Program-made: the position numbers and the translations under genes | The notes under the pieces: model-generated | Databases searched by the model: none | What the model was told of the DNA's origin: nothing | Seen by the model: only the letters and a program-made list of their open reading frames with translations | Assembly: GCA_036172245.1 (NCBI GenBank) | Contig: JAYWIR010000025.1 | Span: 1,674,001-1,738,000 of the forward strand | Reading direction: 5' to 3' | Source of the DNA: Raillietiella orientalis | Taxonomy: Eukaryota | DNA: 64,000 nt | In this document: positions 13,147-27,100 of the stretch, piece after piece | How the letters are laid out: the number at the start of each line of letters is the position of its first letter | How positions within the stretch are numbered: position 1 is the stretch's first letter

Positions 13147-16100
13147 TATGGTTGCTTTCTTCTAGTATTCCTTATAGCATCCCATCTTACACTTAGCAGA
13201 ACGGATTCTTGCGGGAATATGCCAAGTTTCTTTTTCAGGTACTGCTGCCTCAATTTCACATCCCACCATCTGTAACAGCCGAAACAGGGTGACCCCATTG
13301 ATGTCTCTAAAGATCCATTAAATCGTACAATTTATTTGTTAAATTATCATGCTTTTCAGAATTTATGATACTTTTGCTGGGATATTTAATGCTGTTCTGA
13401 AAGCAGAAGGCCAAAAACCTTGTACTGTTTAATTCATAGAAACTCTTAACGGGGTAAAGCATTCAACTTATGTTGAAATAATGGAAGGAAGTCCATAAAG
13501 TTTTCGATTCACGAAATTTTTCATTCACAGAAATACATATATGAAATAATAAGTTCTTGGATTTTCATTACATATTAGAAAAGCATTCAAGGAGCAATTT
13601 AGTTTCCTCGAGCTACAACCATTCTGCACTTGCTGTCTGCATTGATATTTTGTGTCTTAAGTAAACAGCACTTGATCATTGTGAGGAAAAGCTTCATGTT
13701 CTTTTAAAGAGTTGTAATCTAACGCAAAGGTAAGCAGTCAATATGAATCTCTGCAAACCACCTTTGTGTGGTACTATTCTTCAAAAAGGGTTTCATTTGC
13801 ACAAATCATTTTTCAGCAATCAAGTCGTAGAACCATCAGTTTCGTATTCTAAAATTGGTGCTTCGATCTTGAAATACGTCTGTTGAATTTATTTAAACGA
13901 TGTTAATGATCAGGCGAGACATTTGACCTGATAAAGGAAGCAGTTTTAAAGAGTTGATTCCAGAATTGCACAGCATATACGATTCCATGTTTCCGTACTC
14001 CATTCACCAAAGTCCTTAGATAATGACTATTTTCATTAATGACTATATTAACGACTATTTTCAAACATAGATACTCAAGACGTCCATCAATCAATATAAA
14101 TCTTGTGCTGAAACCTGTGATGCTCCTACAATAATAATTCTGTAATTGTGTTCATCCAGCATATACGTCCTCAGATGGAATTTCCTGGAGTCAAGACAAA
14201 AGAGAATAAATTAAGTGTTTTTTTTCTCTCAAGAAGGTAAATTTATTTCATCAGACTTCAAAAAGATTTCTGTAATCATCCATAAAAATTTTGCCTAAAA
14301 CTTGAATGATGTGTTTATTTTATTTATTCTTTTTTACTTTGTCTACTTGCTGTTCACTTCAGTTCTCAGTTCTCTGAAATAAGCGAATCTAATTTTCGTT
14401 TTATTTTGGAATTTTTAAGATTCTGAATAGCATGATTAGAACTTGTTTCAAATTCAGAGAATTTTTGTTATGACTTTCATTCATCAGAAATACGAGCTTA
14501 TGACATTAGAATAGACTTCTGCTTATTACCCCTAAAATGTCCATCATTTGATTTTTATACTTTTCTTCTTTTCTCTTTAGTAATCTTCATTTCAATCTCC
14601 TAGGAAAGAATTATAGGATTCTGGAATACGATATTTTGAAAATATTTAGACATAATTTCCTATCTGGTATTTTGAATTTTCACTTCATTATCTGAATCCT
14701 ACACTGAATTAAAACTGCAAATTATTTATTCGAATCCCAGTTTAGAATGAGAAAATGCTTGGGAACTGTTCTATTGGATGGATTAGAGTATGGCATTATT
14801 ATGCATAAGAATTACTAAATAACTTTGCAATGATAGATTAATTACTGTCAGTGCGAAATCTTTCATGCTTATGTACAGACATTCCTGTCATCCTAAGTCA
14901 ACAGCTTGAAATCACTAGCAAAAATTTGGACACTTCAGCATCCAAGGACAAGAGACAAGAGTGTTTCGGTGAAGGCATCCCTACTCTGAAGTATCCGAGA
15001 CATATCTTTTCAAATCTTAACAAAACTTGCGTTTGATTGGAAGTTGTCAAAATAAAAAAAAAACTTTGAAAGCCGAGTTTTTAAAGTCTACACATTCATT
15101 TGATGTCAAATCAGAAAGCAGAATACCCTCCTCATTTGTTAGAGATCAAAGCAATCTTCAAGTAACTGTGTGAATGTTTATTAATGATTGAAGTTTTCTT
15201 TGAGATGCATTATCTGCCGTGGGTGCGGTTTTCAATGATGCACTCGATTTTTATTCAGATCATGAATCTTTTGTTTTGCATGTAGCCAAAGAGCGATACT
15301 CTGAGACCCAAATGTGCTCTACGAAGATGATTATGGGTAAACTTGGTAAGCAGAATCTCTGAAGCAAGATGGTTAAATAGCGAATATGGTTTAATAACGA
15401 AAGGGAATAGTGTGTTTATTTTCTCGGTGATGTGACACATATTCCTTAGGTGAGCAGATGATTTCAGGAATCGCATAGATCACATCGCACATCGATCTGC
15501 GTGGAAGTTCAAATGAAACAACTTTTTAGATTCTATAGAAAAATCAGTTGTTTTCTGAAAGATACCAGGATTAAATGAATTAAGGAGAATGCTTTTTTCT
15601 CCTATGCCAAAATGGAGAATGTTCTCTTGTGGAATTTCATGCTTTCACACGAAACTGAAGGAAGCTCGAAAGCAACAGTTTCGAGGATTCTGAAAGCAGT
15701 GTTCTTTATTCTGTGCCCGTGTCTATATCATAACTTTCATTGGCACTTTCCGGGAATGTTTGTTTTGAGCATAGGGGTTTGGTATAGGAGCAGTCTCCAT
15801 TTGAGGCTTCCTTTCGTCGTGAATATTTTGTGACGTATTTTTAAGGTGGCATAAAATGCTGGAAGTGTTTTCCTCTAAAACATTCAAAAAATGCACAGCG
15901 TTCAAATCGAACTGGCTCCTTGCATGAGTTCCTTTCTTCCTACGTGTAATACAGTGCGGTGCCTGCTGTTATAGAAAGATTCTTACACTCTTTCCATACC
16001 TTCTTTGTGTGATCTGTAGCGTATTGAGCGTGATACATTCTATGTAGTGGTTCAATGCACTGATTGCAGCCCACTCAATCACATGGGTTCACTCATTTTG

Positions 16101-17377
16101 GTTCTACATGCTGCTGACATAGAATGCAAGGTCTTGAAGAATTCTTTAGAAAATAAGGTGAAATTTGCGAAACTACGATTGAATGTATTTTTCTTGTATT
16201 CGAATTTTCGCGCCATAGCTAAGTTATGATACCGTAGATTTCCTTGCATTCTGTACTTGTACCTGGTTCATTGATTCGATTCCCAATAAGGACGCTATAA
16301 GAGCGCCAAAACAACACGAAGAAATGATGAATTTATAAAATTACATTCAATCTACATATGTACGTAGATCCTTGTTCTCATCCCAGAGTTCAGCTAGTTT
16401 GCTTCTTCCAATAACCATTTCGAAGAAACCTCGTGGAAAACTTATACTTGCTACTCTTTTGAAAACTCTGGTCTCGGCTAATCGTGCTATGAAGGATTTC
16501 TAATTGAGTCCTGCAGGTCCCAGAGGCGGTTCATGAGGTTTAAATTTGGCTGTTTACTGAAAAGCACAGTGCTACCCCTATCTTGCCATCAGAATTAGAA
16601 ATCGTCTTGTGGGAAACAGTGAAAAGGTCGTATATCGTAAATTCTTATTCATTTTCATGACTGTAGGATAAAAACACATTTTCTTCTGCTTTCATCCTAA
16701 GAATATAAATAAGAATTTCAATTTTGCTGTGCACGCTTTAGAAGTGATCGAGTAGGATTGGAACCACCTCTGGATGAATACGTGTGTTTTTTTGGCGTAA
16801 TGGCAACACTAGATGACAAAGCCACTATTGGAATCTTCTATTCTCAGATTAAATCCTCTATTCCAGAAAGCTTCGTCAATAGCGTAGAGATTTTGTGAAG
16901 TGGCCAGTACTTTTTCCCCATACGATCTAAGATTGAAAATTCAGGAAATTGCTTTCGCATTATATTAAAAAGGTGGCTTCTATCATTCACTATTTTGGTG
17001 ATTTCTTCATAGAAGCTGAGTCCAGTGCTTGTGTTTCCTATGTTACGTTTGCGTTGATTTTGCTCCTCATCAGTGCTGGAAGAAAAACAAGAGCAACAGT
17101 TGCATCTTGTGAAAGTAGGAAGTAATTAAAACTAGTGCAGTGGAACGAATCTGCCGCTATTGTGAAGCAACACTGGAGGACTGCTTTCCAAAGTTCGTAG
17201 TTATGTGTTTATGACAACGTATGCAGAGCAACTATCACGGCAGTCACTAGAGGTTTCATGTCTTAAATTACTGATATCGGATTAGCTGGAAAGTGATAAA
17301 CCCAACTAAACGGATGTTTATCAGATTAGAAAATCATTATAATGCAGCATTCCTGTGCTCACCACAATCATATTCAT

Positions 17378-18348
17378 TTTGCCCGCGTCGGAGGGCTTGT
17401 GGTTAAGGCTTTCGGGTGTGGCACCATGAGTCGCGGGTTCGAATACTTCGGCAGAAACTCTGACGCCACTGCGTCGTCGAGTTCCGAGTTTCTCCTGCAA
17501 TGGCGCTGGTTGGCCGCGACATTCGGGCGTGGCACCGGCGGTGGATTAAGCCGGAGGCCCCCGATGAAAGCCGGAACAATGGAAGTCGACCTTCGGGTCC
17601 TCCCAGGAATCAAGGAGTGGGGAGTTCCCCCTCCTGTCGTGCAACGGAGAGCGGACCCCCCCACCGGGGGACACTCCGAGTCGTCTCTTCACAGAGTGCA
17701 CAAGGAAGCGAGAGCGATTCCCTGCGGGAAGCTGCAGCGCCCCTTCTGAGTTTCGGAAGCGTCCCTTCGGGGTTCTCTTCAGAGGAGTGAACAGGAGCGG
17801 TTCCCTTGCGGGTTCCCTCCGGAGAAGTTGAAATGAAGTTGAAATGGAGAGGACGGCCCCTCCCCATTGGGGGGGGTCCCTCCGGAGAGAATGAGGAAGG
17901 AGATTCCCTTCGGGGTTCCCCTTCGGAGATAACCAGGGTGGGAGGTGCGATCCCCCCGTCCGGGGGGATCCCTCCCCAAGAGTGAGAGGAACGGACTCCG
18001 AGCCCTTCCTGGATTCATAGAGCGGACCCCCATCCCGGGGTGCCCCCTGTCCTGAAGAAATTACACTGAAGAATTACACGCATCCGTGTGGGTTGCCGTG
18101 GGCGGAGGGGCGTGGAAACAAAATAGTGTGTTTAATGTTTAAAAAAGAGCCACGTGTGCCGCGAGGCACGCGACTGGCTCTGAGGTACTTAGCGAACCAA
18201 AAAAAAGAAAACTTAAAAAAAAAAAGCTGAAAGAAAAACAGCGAAGTCAGAAGAAAAAGAAGAACCTAAGGATTTCCATCGTCCTAGGGCAATAGTAACG
18301 ATCTCCTCGTGGGGGTCGCTACTGGCCTTTTTTTTTAAAAAAAAAAAA
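17378..18348 (+). mobile_element. Full-length tRNA-derived SINE-like retroposon (copy 1) with TSD and poly(A)
   Basis: Starts GCCCGCGT at 17381, B-box GGTTCGAATAC at 17436-17446, GC-rich hairpin body, 3' hairpin 18294-18323, T9 at 18328-18336, then an A-run. Flanked by the direct repeat AATCATATTCAT at 17366-17377 and 18349-18360. Homologous to copies near 31 kb, 41 kb, 58.5 kb and 59.5 kb. Confidence 0.85.
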
Positions 18349-20764
18349 AATCATATTCATAAGGACAGTTTCCCACAAATACAGCACATCTCAGATCAAG
18401 GAGGTCCAATTCGTGGCTTCTTACGACCGTTGCGTTGTTGATTGGTGTTAGATCTTTCTTAGCATCTTTTCTTAGCTATTTTGTCGTAGTTTTATCCTCC
18501 TGTTACCATGTAGTCTCACGTCATAGTACAGTCTTTACAGTAGTCATGATGACTAAGCATTGACAGGGGCGAGCAGCAAATAGAAGACATGAAAAGAGAT
18601 TATCTGAACATATAAGAAATACTTTCAGAGAATTGGCAAATGTGATAAGAATACATCTTTCTTAGTTAAGAATCATGTGGATGAATAAAAAAACTGATAC
18701 CAGTGTGGGCAGACTAGAAAAAAAAAAGAATCTCCCCTTAATGCTGTCTGTGCTATCTTAAACCTGCAAAGTGAGAGATGAGTGCTGGAGGATTCATAGA
18801 GAGAGAGGAGAAAAAAAGAGCAAAAAGAAAAAAATTAATTGGAAAGAGAGAAAGCCAAATGATTTCTTGCTTTCCAAGAGAAAAACAAGTCTGTCTCTGC
18901 CTCCTTTTGACATTTGATATAAGAAATCGAAATGCTAAATCACCAGCTCTTTCAGATCACTCGCGAGTGGCTCGAAACTTTAAAAGTGAATCTTCATAAG
19001 TTCAAACTAGATGAAGAGACAGTTCCATAATTTGAAGGTTAGGCAAATTTCCTGCATTTATCTAATACAAATTACTGAGATTGTGGCTGTCAAGTGATGC
19101 AACTCGAACCGAGTCCGTGTCTGTTAAGTAAAACAAATATCTTCCACGACCTATTTTCTAAGAAAAACATGCCACTACAACCAATTTTGCAAGAACAGAT
19201 ATGCCTTGCTTTAAGAAAGAAACGTAGAAAGAGAGAAGTTGAAATGCTTATCCCCTACCATTCCAGACAACGGAATTGTCGCTACTCGTAGACCTTAATA
19301 CCTGGTATTTTCCTGCTTGGATTACCGTCTCTGTTCCAGAAGTTCTTGAAGTTTTATAAGAAATCCAATAGGTGTTTCCGACGTAAGGCTTAAAATAAGA
19401 TTGTCTCTCAGCTTAATCAAAGATTCAGATTTTATGACCAAAAATTCGACAAGAGCTATCTGAATGACATCAAACTTGATTTTTGGTCGCGAGTTCGAAG
19501 GAACCAAACATCAATGAGAGCAATAACTCCATCAAAAGTTTTAGAGGCAGTGTTGGATGCAAGTGCTAAGAAAATCTCTCCAAACTGATAAAAGGTGAAA
19601 CTTCAGTATCCCGAGAGTTGTTAAAATCGCGGACGCTGGCGATTTGAATGAAAGAGGAGAAAGCTGTTCCTGGGAATAAAACACCAATGGATCAACGGAT
19701 GCTGGAGTGGGTTCTAAACTTGATGGACGTTCTGAACATGATGGCTCCACGAAGAAAATGGGGTTAAGGCAACTGGGATGAACACTGATTTATGGCAAAG
19801 CTCTCAGAATTTTCTAATGAGTACTCCCTCATTCGAAGATTTCAAGTTATTCGAATATCTGCAATTGCCCTACATACAAAATCTGAATTCTCTGGAAATT
19901 ATGCATCAAAGGTCCAATTGAGACGGCGTTTGTGTTAGCTCTGAAAAATCAATCAACGATGGCTATCCTCATTGCCTAAATGAAAAGCACGAACTAGTTT
20001 ACACCCCCTCGAGAGTTACGAAAATGCACCGATAATTATGTATCTAAAAGCATTGTGTAATATCTGCGGCTATCCTCGATTTTGAATATCTTCATCAGAA
20101 TCTGAAAAGTTTTTATGCAGCTGCTCTCCACGCTATGTACAAACAGCTGTTGCAAGGACTTTCAAGTTTTCTTTTTGAAATTCCTACGGCACTTGCATTG
20201 ATTTTTAGGTTTCGAAATATTTACTGATTGACTTTTATCTGCAATTATTATGCACGGATCACGTAACAGACAAAAGAACCTGCAAAAGGTTGCTGAACAA
20301 AACACCATCAAAGAGGTTCTACATTTTTGGATCTTGAGATCTATGAATTCGAGTACGTAACTGATGTGCATACTTCCATCAACTGCTAATAAACTATTTG
20401 ATCAACAGTGCTATTCATTTTTCTTTTTTTTTCATTATTTTTAGAATAATTTTTTGCAATCTCCTGGGTAAAGACGGATATTCAAGAAAACGAATTGACG
20501 AAGATTCTACCCATCATAGGCACAGACATCTGGTTTTGCCATCCAACATTAGTAGACATGATATGGGCTACGAATTAGAATTCATATTGCAATCCATCAA
20601 GCATCCCATTGGATAAGCATAACTCAAAGGTTGAAAAATGCTGCTACGATTTGAACAGTCGGTCTGAAGACCTAGTCCATAAAATACGATATGTTGGATC
20701 CCAATTTTGACTTGGGATCACATAAACTACTCCCAACAAAAAGTGGAACGATGCAGTACTGTTA

Positions 20765-23700
20765 TCATTTATGACGATGCTTTTGAAACAACAAAGATTT
20801 GCGTTTCTTATTTGGAGAAACAGTTTCTGTTCTGTTATGCTTCCGTTTCTGGGGTTTCTTTTGTGATGGGGTTGTATTTTCTGTTGGATTGGACTTGACA
20901 TGGTTGGAAAGCTTTTTAAGTTTAGCAACAAAAAAACCATCCATATTATGTAAATGAGGATAAAAGCGCCGAGTCAGTCTCATAGTGGGGTGGAAGCTAA
21001 GAAAAGTACTGATTCTTTACTTTATACAAAGTAACTTACCTCCAAGTCCGATAGCGGCAAAAACCTTCTTCACCAAAGTCAAGACCCATGGGAACTAGCT
21101 TCACATCTCGCTTCTTTAGGGCATACTCAATCACTCTTTCATTTTCCTCAGGCTACAAATACCTACACTCATATTCAATGAAAATACTTCAGTTTTCTTA
21201 CCAATACTGAGCAAGTTGAATATACCAAATACCCTCCTGTTTTGGAATTGCTATTCAAACAATCAATGGCTGACAAAATCAACTCCTTCTGCAACCGAGC
21301 ACACTTCTGTATATCTTCTTCTGCTTTACTGATTTTGACAGAAGGATCCTTGGAAATTACTCCTGTTCCACTGCATGGAGCATCTAACAAAACCCGATCA
21401 AATCCTTTTTGTATCTATAGCATGAAACCAATGATTATGGCACTTGAAAGCTATAAAGTACTCACTTTGTGAAATTTCCGTCCATCAACAGCAGATACCA
21501 CCCCTTGTGTAATACCCATCCTATGGAAATTACCTACTATGGCATGTGCCCTTTCTGGGTGAATATCATTGGCAAATAAAACCCCTGTATTTCTTTGCAA
21601 GGCAGCTAAGTAACCGTCTTGAGAGCTGACAAAGATAATTCACTCACCAATATATGTAGCTTTGCCCCCAGGAGCTGCACACAAATCTAATATTTTTTCA
21701 TCCTCTTGTGGAGCTAAGGCCATAACTGGAAGAAAGCTGGATGCTCCCTGAAGTATATAGTGCCCAGCCAAGTATTCTGGAGTAGCTCCAACTGGTACTT
21801 GGGAATCATAAATAACTAACCCTACTTTGGACCATTTCTCCAAAGGATCCAGATTAACTCCACGATTAATCAAAGCCTTCCAGGACTGAGGGTAACATTC
21901 CTCAAGATTATGCCATCTGTTACCTGTGCCAGGTCACGTCTACGTGTCTTCAGCGTATTGGTGCGTATGGTGACTGGCCTTTGCACTTCATTGGCTTCTA
22001 GGACCTCAAGAAGCTGAGATAATGGGAATAGTTTCATGAACTTGTTCATAAGGAAATTATTGTAAGAATAATATATACATAAATCCTTGCGTAAATCCGC
22101 CAGATACTCAGCTCGGTTCCTGAAAGAATCCATTTTCATCCAATCATGCCTCAGAATCATAACATACTTTAATGTAGAACGGTTTTTGAAGTCCAACAAG
22201 ATCTCCATGGTTTCCTTAATTCGCTGATACACCTCTGGCAGAGTGATAGCCTTCTCTGATTGTTCAGCAGACTGCTTATTAGGCTCATGTGTGTGCAGAA
22301 TTGGAAGTTCCCTAAATGAATCAATTCATGTTTAAGATTAAGAACTTACAATTAATAACTCACTATGTCCTGAATTCATGTTTCAAGTAACTACATTCAC
22401 TTCAAGCATGCTTTCATAATTCAATAAATAAATAAATAATGCATGCAGTTTGCATGCACCATAAATTATGGATTTTATGTTGATTAAATAACAATGACCA
22501 AGCAATCACATTGACAAGATCAACATTTTGAAACAGATCTAGAACCTGTTTCTCGATATGCCACATGCCCCACACCTAATGAATCATACTGCTAACAACC
22601 ACAAGGTAAAGAAAACAAAGGAAAGACAAGAAAAATACAAACATCTTCTAATCAAGGAATGTTTATCACTTTATTAAATAGGAATGATATTCAGAAAAAA
22701 CAAAATTCAAAAATATATAAGAGAGCATATCATCAATAGCATTTGTACATGTGAATGTACATGTACAAATGGAATTTTCAAGACTTATTTGTATGCATGG
22801 TATTACAAATACCAAATACCCAGAGCACAAAATATAAATACCTAGTACAGAAAGCATCAGTCACTTGGTCTTCATAGACAACCATGAGTTCCAAGTACAT
22901 GATTAGCTATCATGAATTAAATCAAAAGTTCATGCTAAAAGCAATGAAGCTTTTAAAACTTAAGGAGGAAAAAATGATGAAAAATGAAAAATCTACAAGC
23001 ACAAAAAATGCATACACATATTCATAACGAACAAGATGACACTAATTGATTAAAGAGGAAACATGCAATGTATGGAACCTGAGACCTGAGATCACATTGC
23101 AACTATTAAATACGAATCGTTAGAAATAAACACAAGATTATATGGTTAGGTACTGTAAAAACTATTAGTAAACATTGTTGAGCTCTTAACTAAGGGATTA
23201 TCAGTGGAAAACTTCATTGCATCTTGTAATTTATAAAGATTTTATAGTCCTTGCATACAACTCTTCTTTTTGGTGATTAAATATAAGTTTTGATTTTTAA
23301 ATCAATGGTTCAAATGTACTAACATGGAAGTCTGCTCATCCTGGGTTTCCTCATCGCTCACATCATTCTGAGTAACAATATTCATATCTTGATCACTTTC
23401 GGGAAAGGAATCCAAAGAATCATTTCCTTCAGAGTCCCAGTCCAAATTTTCATCTAAAAACCGGATTGGATAAATGAACTCACTTTAATTTTATTATTTG
23501 GTTCTACTAAATTTTTACACTAAGGCATACACAAAAACACTTGGTCTCAATTGTATTGGAAAGTTGCTTCACATACCTTGGGGTATTTTCTTTTTGAATA
23601 TTGAATGCGTTGATTTAGAAATGTTTCCATTTAGCAAAATTTTCGATTCTTTGCTGGTTTCATCTTTTGAAAAAGAAAAAGTAACTTTCTTGACTGGTTT

Positions 23701-24140
23701 CTTTGTAAGTCCTTTTTGTTTATTGAGCTTGCAGCTCTGACTAGAAACACTTGTTTTCTTGAGAGAACTTTTTTTTTTCAGTCCCAATTTAAGTTTTGCA
23801 GTCGAATCTGAAAATGTTTGGATTCATATATTTTCAAAATTTGCGGATCGTATTTTCTTATTATAAGGAAAACCTGGCATATTGTGTTAACCACACTCTA
23901 CTCATCTTTTGATCTACTAACAAGCGCAACATGTTTATTCACGCAGGGAAGCTTACTAGCCTTTTGCAAATTTATACACAAAATATTGATAAATTTAAAA
24001 TTTCATTTTATTTTGATTTCCAAGAACATATAATGCATACTCCCGCTATCAATGAACCGCTTTAAAAAGTTTGGTGGCTGTTGCTTTTTTGCTTTTCTTC
24101 CTGGACCAGATTTTTTCGAAAATCTTGCTTTTCGTCCCAT
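20765..24140 (-). CDS. NOP2: NOP2/NSUN1 25S/28S rRNA (cytosine-C5) methyltransferase, about 575 aa, 10 exons
   Basis: Model complement(join(20765..20996,21040..21152,21202..21414,21466..21605,21648..21876,21924..22119,22168..22311,23324..23453,23577..23807,24041..24140)) = 1728 nt, all GT-AG and phase-consistent. N-terminus [115 protein letters not shown]. Exons 2-3 lie in a poorly conserved region and are less certain. Confidence 0.95.
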
Positions 24141-27100
24141 ATTTCTCGAAGATAAAAAATGACAACCAGTGTATTATTTCATAATTGCGTGCATTATTTT
24201 ATTTTTGTTTTCAACTAATGCACTTCATAATGCTTAAAAGTGTCATCAAGAGTCTGTTGTTTTTCACGAATGATGAACAGCAAAAATTGAAATTCACAAC
24301 CTGTGCAAAATCGCAACTTTACACAATCGCATGCCAAGCATGCTCGCTCACCACATGTCAGAAAATATCAGGATGCATGGGTGTTTCCAAAATGTAGCTT
24401 TAATAATTAATGTTTCCCTTGAATTATCCAAAAATTAATACAAAACAAAGAAACCAAGAAAGATGAAAATTTTCAGTGGGAATTTCTTTTAATTCTAGGA
24501 TGATATATGAGAACAAACTTTGCAGTTTCTTTATAAGTAATTACACAGTACAAATGATTTTCATCTCGGGGGTCATCAAATTTCTAAGCTAGAGGCAAAG
24601 CATGAGACATTAACAAAACGAAATTCAATTGACAAATACAGGTATTATGAAGTTATATTTTGTTTTCTCATTTTAATTCTTTTTATCCATAATACATTTT
24701 TGATATTTCAGTAGGAGCATCGCTTCCATATAGCAAAGTGATGCTCGTAAATAGTGGAAAATGGGAAAAATGAAATTTCAATAATTTAGCAATATACCTG
24801 TTTTGAAATATTTTTTATTATTCTGTGCGCCCATTCCCTTATTTTCACCTGGTTAAGGTTTCCACTTCATTCGTTTTCCTTTTCCATTATAATTCTGCAT
24901 CATGCTTTTACAAAAATTAAAAACCCTTAGGTATATCCTTTTTGAGAACTTTTATATTTATGGGAAGATAGCATTTCAACTCTTGGCATTTCATCTATTG
25001 GATTTCTCATATCGTCATCGCAGATTTATTGTCACTACATGGAAATTCTGTTCATTATAAGCATTCGTTTGCAAACCATTCCATTGCTCGCAACTTACAT
25101 GATCCATTACTTTATTTGAAAGTATTTCGACACCAATTATTGCATGATAGAGACCATGTCTTATTTATTAACTTGGTTTTTTGCATGCTTTGGGCAAGCT
25201 TTCGTTGAATCGCCCTCGACACAAAAAGTTACATCTACTAAATATTTTATTTCTACTCCATTGCTTCATACCGAATAGTCATTTTATTGCACTTATAATA
25301 CTTAATACTTATTCCTTGTGTTTAAATCTGCATCTTGAATTCTGCATTAACAAGTATTACTCATGTATTTTTTAACAAGTTCTACTCATATATTTTCACC
25401 AGTTTTTCATTCACATTTTGTTAACTGCTTGAGACGTTCAAAAGCTGTTTATTTCTTCGTTTTGTTTGACTCAGTTATTCTCATTATGACATCATTTTGC
25501 CTTTAAATTCCTTTTTTCTTGTTAATGGGAAAGCTGTTGTAAAGTGCTCTCTGTTATCATGATCTCCATCAACACTGTCAAGAGCACTGCTTTTTTAGAG
25601 TCCATAATCGTACACGTCAAGAAACTAGAAAGCAGCCTGAGTGAATTGTAAGCCGTTTTCACTTATGACCATCTCAGTTCATCATCGTCATCGTCACGCA
25701 CTTCAACCAATTCGTTAGACCAGTAAAACGGATACATTAATGAATTGATGACTGTTGTGGTAACTGCTTATGAACATGAAACTAAATTTCTCAGTGATAA
25801 TGTAGAAGAGCTCATGAAATACCTGAAAAGCCAGCAGTTGGGATATAATGTTGCAGCTTAGTTTTATCTTGGTTTGAAAAAGCTAAATCCAGGAAATTAT
25901 TTGGGAAAAGTGTTCTAAACAGTGCGACAGGACGAATTAGGAACAAAATGATTCATAATCAAATGTAATATTAGTTCTTTTATTCATAACTACAAAGCAG
26001 GGAACTAAAATCAAAAAAAAGAAAGATATTGTGCTTCTAGCAATATAAAGGATGAGGTTATTGGAAACATGAGAAGCGAAAAAAAACAAAATCCAGATTT
26101 GGGGGAAATTTTAAATTTATTACTGAAGAATGATTTCATCAAGAGATTCATATTAAAAGATTTATATTAAAGAAACGCTAACTGAAGAGCTGTAAAATGG
26201 AAGCATTAGAATTTCCCAATTTTATCCTAGGAAATGAAAAAGTTAAAAAAATAGTAAAGTATCTGGTGGAAACCTTAAGCCAACTCAAAGGCTTTTCTTT
26301 GTCCGTGGAGATATAGTCAATCTTTAGAAGCTTATAGAGAAGAAAGAACATACTATGCTGAACCATAGCAATCGCCTAATAAGAAACTGATTCAAAAGAT
26401 ATGATGGATATCAAAAGAATTCAATGCTATGTCATTTTGCAAGCTCACTAATAAGTACGGAATATGCAGCCGTCTGTGACTATCTTTGGAGACGAAGAAC
26501 GTAACATGCAAAACACATCATGACACAGGGGATTCCTAGGTGTTTCAGAAAATCTTATACGCCAGTAAATTTATCAGTCAAATAAAATTTCGAAATATCT
26601 GAATTTCCTCAGTCTCATTCTCCTGCTGGCAGGAACATTTAAAGTTTGGTCGCTTTAAAATCGTACCTACAATTTGTGCGGAGGTCGATGAAACAACCCT
26701 TTTCAATTCCTCCTCCCACCTTTCATCCCAGTTTGGAAATGCTGAAGCCCTAGGCATTCCTTGTGCTTGAAATCGCCTTATGGTGATTTCAGAAGGTTTT
26801 TCTTTTTACACGAAACACCTTGAATTGATTACCTTTCAAGATTCCTTAATTAGAGACCTTTTAGTTCTTCATATGGACTGCAATCCAGCAAACTGCAAAT
26901 CCAGCGGGAAAATTGCCATTTTGCCTATCAAAAATACAAGAACAAAGCAATCCTTCTCGTTTTATCGACATCTCCATCAGTCGAATGATTTTAATTTATT
27001 TCAGATAACTTTCAAGGAATTCGAGATCAAAGTTTCGGTTCAGAAGAGCCTATTTATTTGCTCTTGTCTTCTGAAACCTCTGATCTCTGTTTTTCTTGTC

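Noticed and set aside
17381..17455. Functional tRNA gene
   Set aside because: No clean cloverleaf or acceptor stem, the anticodon region differs between copies, and it continues into a shared repeat body.
18066..18135. Hammerhead-like CTGAAGA...GAAAC in SINE copy 1
   Set aside because: Extra bases between the core and stem II, no stem I pairing, and the core is not conserved in copy 2.
18294..18336. Bacterial intrinsic terminator (hairpin plus T-run)
   Set aside because: Context is eukaryotic; better explained as the Pol III terminator and 3' stem of the SINE.
19350..19590. LINE ORF2 linker-like text (FRRKA*...DFWSRVRR)
   Set aside because: Too little motif content to support a call.
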